Source: Prasinococcaceae sp. CCMP 1430 (lineage: Eukaryota > Plantae > Prasinodermophyta). From it: a stretch of DNA of 9,194 nucleotides. The notes under the pieces were generated by a model. The model worked only from the letters and a program-made list of their open reading frames with translations, did no database searches and had not been told where the DNA came from. The translations under genes and the position numbers were made by a program. Location: NCBI GenBank assembly GCA_013416795.1, contig RQSC01000032.1, positions 914,755 through 923,948 on the forward strand, in the 5' to 3' direction. Below are positions 1-6,271 of the stretch, piece after piece (the first letter of the stretch is position 1; every line of letters begins with the position of its first letter).

Positions 1-13
1 CACACACACACAC

Positions 14-58
<45 letters not shown>

Positions 59-96
59 CACACACACCACACACCACACACCGCACACCGCACACC
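1..96. repeat. (CA)n microsatellite degenerating into CAC/CCGCACA units
   Basis: Near-perfect CA repeat over 1-66 with two CG interruptions, then imperfect cac/ccgcacac units to about 96. Confidence 0.95.
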
Positions 97-401
97 AACC
101 CCTACGGAAAATGCATGGCAATGGCACATGGCGAGCAAGTTTTGTCTTGCAGAGGCGCTTGACGTTCTCGCATATCAAATCGAACGCGCTCCACTTTCCT
201 CTTCGAAGTGACGCACATTCCACACACGCGCGGCATGCTCGCAACCCTAACCTCTCCGCTGGCTCCCCTCATCAAACATCATTCGTAAAAACACTACTCC
301 AAACCCTGTATTTAGTAACCTAACCCCCACACATTCCACACCACGACCGACGGGTGCGCGCCGTCGCGCGCGCTCGCGCGGCGCGCGGCCACGCGCGCGC
401 G

Positions 402-402
402 N
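402..402. other. Ambiguous base / possible assembly gap
   Basis: A single 'n' at 402 lies between a CG-rich low-complexity tract (355-401) and the start of PIWI homology. Confidence 0.9.
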
Positions 403-404
403 AG

Positions 405-1198
405 TTGACGTGTACCGTCCCATCGCGGAGGTCGCTTCGCCCGCCATTGCGACGGTGTGCACGCTCGTCGAGGGCGCGCAGCAGTACGTCGCCCGTTGCG
501 CCGAGTTTAGGAGCGGCGACGAAGACGCCGCGAGTAATGGGATGCTTCTTGAGCCTGAGCTCGCGTGCCGGCTCTTCGAGGACAGTCTCGAGGCGTGGAG
601 CGTCCGCAACAATGGCGCGAAGCTTGACCTGATCGTCGTCCTAAGGAACGGCGTCGCTGCAGGATCCCTCGAGGCAGCAAAGACGCGCGAGCTCGAAGAA
701 GGCCTCCAGCGCGTGCTCGAGAAAGGACATGTCAAGCAGATGCTTGGAGGCAAGCCGAAGCTTTCGTACAACGTCGTGCAGAAAACGGGCATGCACGCGT
801 GGCCGGAGAGCCACGACGCGAAGGACTCAAGGACCGGGAACCCGCTCCCCGGCACGGTCATCACCGACATCTCAAGCGGCGAGATCAATGACCTCTGCGA
901 TCGCATGTCCGCGTTCTACCTCGCCGCACACAAGGGGGTCCTCGGCGTGCCTCGCCTGGAGCAGGTCATCCCGCTGCACTCCGACATCGATCGAGCGGAG
1001 GATGAAGCATTGCAGCGCCTCATGCTCGCGCTCCACACGGGCTACGCGTTCTGTGGGAAGGTGGTCGGCTCGCCGGTACCGCTGTACTACTGCGCACAGG
1101 TCGCAGAGCGGACCTCGAGCTATCGAGAGGGTGGCGTCGGGACTACCGGACAGCTTCCGAGCCCCAACGAACGCATCATCAACACCATGTACTGGTGA
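405..1198 (+). CDS. Argonaute/Piwi-family protein, C-terminal PIWI domain only (5' partial)
   Basis: Motifs are colinear with the Ago PIWI domain: DVYRP (cf. DVTHP), IVVLRNGV (IIFYRDGV), VVQK, GNPLPGTVI, FYLAAHKGVLG (FYLCSHAGIQG), PVPLYYCAQVAER (PAPAYYAHLAAFR) and terminal MYW* (cf. MYF). TGA is at 1196-1198. No start codon, N, PAZ or MID domain is visible. AG at 403-404 could be a splice acceptor. Confidence 0.88.
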
Positions 1199-1369
1199 AC
1201 GACTTTCAAAGCGCGAGCGGCTGGCAGCGGGGGCGACGGGGGCGCGGGCGAGGCCGGCGCGGGGGATATCGAGGAGGAGCTCGCGCGCTACGCGAACCTC
1301 TTCGAGCGCAGCACGGTCGGCGACTCGGACGTCGAACGCGCCGCGGAAGAGGCGGACGCGGCGTGCAAG

Positions 1370-2395
1370 GTGCGCCGCGTGTGCCGCGCGGAGGCGGACG
1401 GCGCGGCGGTGGGCGCGCTCGGCGGCACGCCCGTGAAGAAGACGTCCGTGCTGGTGGTGGGTGCGACTGGCACGCTCGGGCGGCAGGTCGTGCGCAAGCT
1501 GCTCGACGACGGATACGACGTGCGGTGCCTCGTGCGGCCGCGGCCAATCCCCGCCGACTTCCTGCGCGACTGGGGCGCGTCCACGGTGAGCGCGGACCTG
1601 TACGACCCCGAGACCATCCCTGCGACGATGGTCGGCGTGCACACGGTGATCGACTGCGCCACGTGCCGGCCTGAGGAGGACATGATGGGCGTGGACTGGA
1701 AAGGCAAGAGCGCGCTCATCCAGACGGCCAAGGCCATGGGCATCCAGCGCTACATTTTCTTCTCGATCGTCGACTGCGACCGGCACGAGGATGTGCCGCT
1801 CATGCAGGTGAAGCGGCGGACCGAGGAGTACCTCGAGCAGGTGGGGATGAACCACACGACCATCCGGCTGTGCGGCTTCATGCAGGCGCTCATCGCGCAG
1901 TACGCCGTGCCCATTCTCGACGAGCAGACGGTGTGGGGCACGTCGAGCGCCAGCCGCGTGGCGTACATGGACGCCACCGACGTGGCCAAGATGACCTCGC
2001 GCGTGCTGCAGACGCCCGGCACCATCGGGCGCACGCTCACGTTCGCGGGGCCTCGCGCGTACAACAGCGACGAGATCGTGAAGCTGTGCACGGCGCTGTG
2101 CGGCGCGGACGACGACCCGAAGGTCAACGAGGTGCCCCTCCTGGGGCTGCGTGCCCTGCGCGGGGTGACGTCCTTTTTCGCCTGGACGCGCAGCGTCGCG
2201 GACCGCCTGGCCTTCGTCGACGTCATGACCGACTCCGAGATCAGCGCCGACATGGAGGAGACCTACGAGCTGCTCGGCATGAACAAGAGCGAGGTCGCCA
2301 CCGTGGAGTCGTACCTGACCGAGTACTTCGATACCATGCTCGCCAAGCTCAAGGACCTGCGCGCCGAGTCCAAGTCGACGGATTTCTACATTTGA
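1370..2395 (+). CDS. HCF244: HCF244/Ycf39 (atypical SDR, NmrA-like NAD(P)-binding photosystem II assembly factor), green-lineage type; true start unresolved
   Basis: GTPVKKTSVLVVGATGTLGRQ, RPRPIPADFLRDWGA, VHTVIDCAT, LCGFMQ, QYAVPILD, VADRLAF and terminal KSTDFYI* closely match plant/green-algal HCF244 as I recall it. The frame is open from 1199. 1370 is a GTG chosen by the ORF caller; the first in-frame ATG (1628) is downstream of the GxxGxxG motif. Confidence 0.92.
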   Translation: MRRVCRAEADGAAVGALGGTPVKKTSVLVVGATGTLGRQVVRKLLDDGYDVRCLVRPRPIPADFLRDWGASTVSADLYDPETIPATMVGVHTVIDCATCRPEEDMMGVDWKGKSALIQTAKAMGIQRYIFFSIVDCDRHEDVPLMQVKRRTEEYLEQVGMNHTTIRLCGFMQALIAQYAVPILDEQTVWGTSSASRVAYMDATDVAKMTSRVLQTPGTIGRTLTFAGPRAYNSDEIVKLCTALCGADDDPKVNEVPLLGLRALRGVTSFFAWTRSVADRLAFVDVMTDSEISADMEETYELLGMNKSEVATVESYLTEYFDTMLAKLKDLRAESKSTDFYI

Positions 2396-2561
2396 GCTGG
2401 CAGTCCGGTCGGGCGAGCACAGCCGCGGGCCGCGCGGCGCGCGCTCTCGCGATGCCGTAAGATCTGGGGTGACCACAAAGACGTTTGACAGTGTCGGTGT
2501 GCGGGCGCGGGCGCGGTCGGGACCCGACCTCTCGACGACGTTGGCTGCCTCCCTGCCCGTT

Positions 2562-3872
2562 TCAGCGCTGCGCTTCGCCCTTCTTCTCCAGCTGCCCAGC
2601 CACCATGCCGCTCATGCTCTTGCAGCGGCGGCGAGCTCGTGTCAGCGCGGGAAGTGCACACGAGTGATGGCAGGTGCGCACGAGCGCACAAATAAAATCG
2701 CACGCGCACACACACACGCTCGCGTGCGTTCGCCGTCTCCTTGACAGGCAGTTGGCTCGACGCCACCCTCGCACACGCTCGGAGGGTGGAGGCAGACTGC
2801 CGCGACAGACATGCCATGCTGCGCCCGCAAAGCGACGTCGCGGGTGGATCCTGCAAACCCTTCACGCCCCCATCGACACACCTTGTAGAAATTTATGACC
2901 TTGGGGTTGTTCTGGTACTTGCGCATGGCCGACGGGTCCTCTGTCATGTTCGGGGCAGGGTGCGCAGACGTGCGCGATGCAACCATGCTGACGTCAGCAC
3001 AGTGTCACGCGCGCACTCGCGAGCGCGCTGGCACCGACCGTGCGAGCGCATTGCTGGATGCGGGCGGCCCGTGGGACCAGGTGTGCACGCGCCCACGTGC
3101 GCGCGAGGGATTGGCTGTGTGCGCGCGCGTGCCTGCGCCTGCGTCTGTGCAAGTGCGTGTGTGCATGCGTGCCCGTGCCTGCGCGTGCGTCTGCGCACGC
3201 CGACAACTGCGCGCACTTACTGGCGATCTCGTCGACTGCCTTCATGACTTCTGGATCGTCGAAGGCCCCGAGCAGGCCCTTGTCCGCCTGAATGCCCTTC
3301 AGCAAATCTGGCGTGGGCTTGAGCGCCTCGGTGAGCTGCTTCTTGAAGGCGGTCGCCTGGCGCTCCTTCTCATCGGGCGGCAGCTTCATAAAGTCGGGTA
3401 CTTGTTTGCCACTGCGCAGCGAGTCGGCGCTGGCGCCCGGCGCGGCTCGCACGCACCAACCGAGCCGTCGCCACGGTGACGGCGAACGCCCACGGGCGAA
3501 CGCGCGGCCGAAGCGCAGCTTCTTCGGAGCCGCATGCGGAAAGTTCACTGCCTTCGCTGCAGGCACGGGTGCGGGCGCGACTGCTCGGGCCGACGCCGCC
3601 GACGCGCTCTCGCTATTAACACCGCCTTCGCTGCTTCCGCCGCCTCCTCCGCTCGCAGCACTGCTGCCTCCGCCGCCTCCAGCGCGCTGCACCTTGAGCT
3701 TGAGCGCCGCGAGCTGCTCGACGCTGCTGCTTAGGTCGGGCGGCGCGTCGTCGTCCGAGTCGGAGTCGGAGTCGCTGCCACCGCCCCCGGCGCGCGGCTG
3801 CTGCTGCGCGTGCTGCTGCACCTGCGGCAGCTCTTCCGGCCCGTCGTCGTCGATCTCCTCGATGATCGCCAT
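2562..3872 (-). CDS. STI1/DP-domain protein with acidic, low-complexity N-terminus (co-chaperone-like), 3 exons, 255 aa
   Basis: Exons are 3872-3221, 2940-2882 and 2618-2562. Introns are 3220-2941 (GTAAGT..ACAG) and 2881-2619 (GTGTGT..CAAG), each with GCTGAC, and phases are consistent. Splicing gives FDDPEVMKAVDEIAKDPSAMRKYQNNPKVINFYKSMSG, a typical DP/STI1 motif. Start is MAIIEEIDDD; an alternative in-frame ATG is at 3959. Confidence 0.82.
3115..3200. repeat. Imperfect GTGCGT/GTGCCT-type purine-pyrimidine repeat inside STI1 intron 1
   Basis: gtgtgcgcgcgcgtgcctgcgcctgcgtctgtgcaagtgcgtgtgtgcatgcgtgcccgtgcctgcgcgtgcgtctgcgcacg. Confidence 0.6.
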
Positions 3873-4198
3873 CGCTCGACGCGGATGCGCAAGCGCGGCG
3901 GGACGGGACGGGACGAGTGCGCCCCCGTGCGCCGGCCCCCCCTGACCCACCCGCTCCATCTCCGTCCCGGCGTGCGGGGCCGGGGTCGGGCGCGCGCCGA
4001 GCCGCGCTCGCTGAGCGGAGCTCGCGCGATCGATCCCGCGTGTGGCGGACCCCCGCCTGCCGCGCCGTCGCCGCCGCTGCCACGCGCGCGCGCGTTGACC
4101 CGTCGCCACCGCCGCTCGCTTCGGGGAACAGGCGCCCGCAGCGCGAAGGAGAACGGTTAGGGGGCGTCCCGATAATCATGTTTTGGATTTAATGCGTA

Positions 4199-4335
4199 CT
4201 AGGGTTTGATCCGTGCGATTTCGCAAATTTCGTAGTTCACACTGTACCGGTCCCCAGGGAGCGCGAAGTTGAGCAGCAACGAGCTGGCCCCGCTAACTGG
4301 GTGGGCGCCGCCGCCGCCAGGGTGGGCGGCGCGTG

Positions 4336-4368
<33 letters not shown>

Positions 4369-4488
4369 GCGCGACCGAAGACTGATAGCTCTGCAGAAAG
4401 GCGACGCCCGGGTCGGACGCCCCGCTCCCTCCAGCCCCTCCCTCCCCGCCCCCGTCCGCTCGCCCTGCCGCTGGGGACACGGCCGCGT
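4199..4488 (-). CDS. Possible orphan exon/ORF (hypothetical protein)
   Basis: The open frame encodes DPGVAFLQSYQSSVAL-polyG-...SSLLLNFALPGDRYSVNYEICEIARIKP*. It is preceded by a GCGCAG acceptor-like site at 4489-4494 and a (CTCG)n tract. There is no ATG, no GCTGAC branch site and no recognisable family. Confidence 0.2.
4339..4367. repeat. Poly-C tract (C29; G29 on minus strand)
   Basis: 29 consecutive C residues as given; homopolymer length is often unreliable in assemblies. Confidence 0.95.
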
Positions 4489-4741
4489 CTGCGCGAGCGA
4501 GCGAGCGAACGAGCGCTGCTGAGGGCCCGGCGCGAGCGCGGTCGCCCCTCCGAGGCGTTCCTCCCTCCCGACGCGGTCACCCCCGCACCCTCCCCCCCCG
4601 CGCGCGCGGGAGCGTCGCTGCGTGTAAGGTGGGGTTGAAGGTCGGCAGTGCTGGCAGGTGTGGCATCGCCGAGAGCAGTCACAAAGTAGTCTACCTCTCC
4701 TGTTCTAGCTAGTTCTGCGCTCTCCGGCTAGAGTAGCTCTC

Positions 4742-5916
4742 TTAGCGCTCCAGCGCATCCACGAGGAAGCCGACCATTCGCTCTACGGCATCTGCTGTCG
4801 CGGCGCCGCTGCACGCATGGTCGGCGCCGTCGATGACCACTGGTCTGCCATTGCAGGCGGCAGCCAGTCGCTGCGTCAGCTCGGCCTTGTTCACCTTGCT
4901 GGGCACATACTCGTCCGCCCCGCTGGTCAGCACGAGCGTCGGCGTGCCGCGCAGGTGGCCGAGCGCGGCGTCCAGCTGCGCGTCGCTCAAGTCGGAGCTG
5001 AACTACAGCAGGCGCAGGGATGTCAGCGCGTGCGCAGAACGCAAGCGGGCGCGTCGGCCTAGCGGACACCCCACTCGCGCACCCGCACCATGTCGTCGGC
5101 GCCGCCCGCCGCTGAGAGCGAGAGGAAGCGCTCTGCCGTGATGGGCGTGCCGTCGTAGTTGTCCGCTCGGCGCATGCACTCGTCCTTGTCGCCCGCGAGG
5201 ACAAGAGCGCGCGCGCGTTCGAGCGCGTCAGCAGTCCCTGGTAATGTCTCAGCGTATTCGCGGTCGCTCACTGGCGCCTGCAGCACGACAGCGTCCACGC
5301 TGGGCGTACCGTCCCCGCCAGCTGCCGCCCCTTCCTTCACCGCGCGAGCGTACGCCACGGAGATCTGACAGCCCGTTGAGTGGCCCGCCAGAGCGACCTT
5401 GCCAAACACAGGCAGCTTACTCGACGCGCGCTCCGCGGCTGTGCCCCCTCCTTTCAGGTGCGCTATCAGCATAGCGAGATCCTCGACGTCGTCCGTGAGG
5501 GCGCAAGTGCCATAGCCGCTGTACGACGATCGCAGCAGCGGCTGAATGAGTGTGTAGGCGGCGCCATCGTCGCGCGCGGAGAGCGCAGCGCCGAGAGGCG
5601 CGACTGCAGGCCAAGCGTTCGGGCGCGGCGCCGTCAGCGAGCGAGCGAGCGAGCGAGCGAGCGAGCGAGCGGGCAGGTGCGCGCACGAACGTGGTGCGCC
5701 TGAGTCTCACTCACCCCACGGCGCGGGCATCAGGCCATCCGTGAGCCCGCCAATGGCGACAACAGCAATGCGGGCGTCTTCGCCGCCACCATCGCCACCG
5801 CTGATATCGCCGCTGATTTCGAAGCTCGCTCCGCCCGCCGCCCGCCCAGGCCCGCCCGCGCGGGCAGCCAGGGGCGGCCCGGCCGGCGGTGATGGCGGCG
5901 ACGCGAACGCGACAGG
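4742..5916 (-). CDS. DUF1749 alpha/beta-hydrolase (UPF0613 / SidJ-like esterase family), at least 3 exons; 5' end unresolved
   Basis: Exons are ?-5715, 5603-5089 and 5002-4742. Introns are 5714-5604 (GTGAGT..GCAG) and 5088-5003 (GTGCGG..GTAG), both with CGCTGAC. Motifs: IGGLTDG, LRSSYSGYG, nucleophile GHSTGCQ, LQAPVSDRE, PITAERFLSL, DDMFSSDL, SGADEYVP and IDGADH. TAA is at 4744-4742. The upper coordinate is only the PVAF segment, not a start. Confidence 0.88.
5637..5671. repeat. (GCGA)8 tetranucleotide repeat within the DUF1749 intron
   Basis: Eight perfect GCGA units plus GCG. Shorter copies of the same unit occur at 4493-4508 and near 5967-5979. Confidence 0.9.
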
Positions 5917-6029
5917 GCGGGGGGGTCTCGCCGCTTGGGTGCAACCCCCGCCCCCGCAGGGGGCCCGAGCGAGCGAGCGCCGGCCGAGCGCGCGCGCGCC
6001 CGGGCGTTCGCGCGCAGTCACCCGCTGGC

Positions 6030-6271
6030 AAAAACAATTATTGTCGTTATATATCGAGCAAAAGGCCACAAAAAAAAGACGGAGCGGCGCCGATCGGCAC
6101 AGCGGCGCCGAGCGGGCCCGCAGTGCGTTCTGATATGCGTATTTGGATGACGTGCATGCACTCAGCATGTCTGCAGCGTCTGACCGCATATATGCGGTAT
6201 GACGCGATGGGACTTTCCCGTGGGTATTTTCAAGTATAAATGCTATGATGCGATAGGTGGGGTTTTTTTTT
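6030..6271. promoter_or_regulatory. AT-rich divergent (bidirectional) promoter region between the DUF1749 and RmlC/D genes
   Basis: This is a local AT-rich island between head-to-head genes. It has TATATAA on minus (6053-6047), TATAAA on plus (6235-6240), A8 at 6070-6077, T9 at 6263-6271 and a central 16-bp palindrome at 6183-6198. Confidence 0.6.

Noticed and set aside
111-323. 70-aa ORF upstream of the PIWI domain
   Set aside because: It has atypical low-GC3 codons, no Argonaute or other motif, and lies in non-coding-like DNA.
243-328. Telomere remnant (CCCTAA-like units)
   Set aside because: These are only isolated single units with no tandem array.
1196-1198. Reassigned genetic code (TGA as Trp) to explain the PIWI-HCF244 continuity
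   Set aside because: TGA ends HCF244 exactly at its conserved C-terminus (DFYI*) and is also the predicted stop of the STI1 and LicD genes, so it is a normal stop in this genome.
872-2476. 534-aa minus-strand ORF
   Set aside because: It is the antisense shadow of the PIWI/HCF244 coding frames. Such long stop-free frames are expected with very high GC3, and it has no recognisable domain.
4368-4418. DPGVAFLQSYQ as a displaced RmlC or DUF1749 first exon (scrambled-gene idea)
   Set aside because: The resemblance to RmlC DxRGxFxExY lacks the essential RG. Its position and orientation would require trans-splicing, for which there is no evidence.
4727-4734. ACTCTAGC shared by the minus-strand 3'UTRs of DUF1749 (4727-4734) and LicD (8123-8130)
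   Set aside because: An 8-bp match is within chance expectation for a 9-kb window.
6209-6218. GGGACTTTCC, an exact NF-kB consensus site
   Set aside because: NF-kB/Rel factors are not known from algae, so this is treated as a chance 10-mer inside the promoter island.
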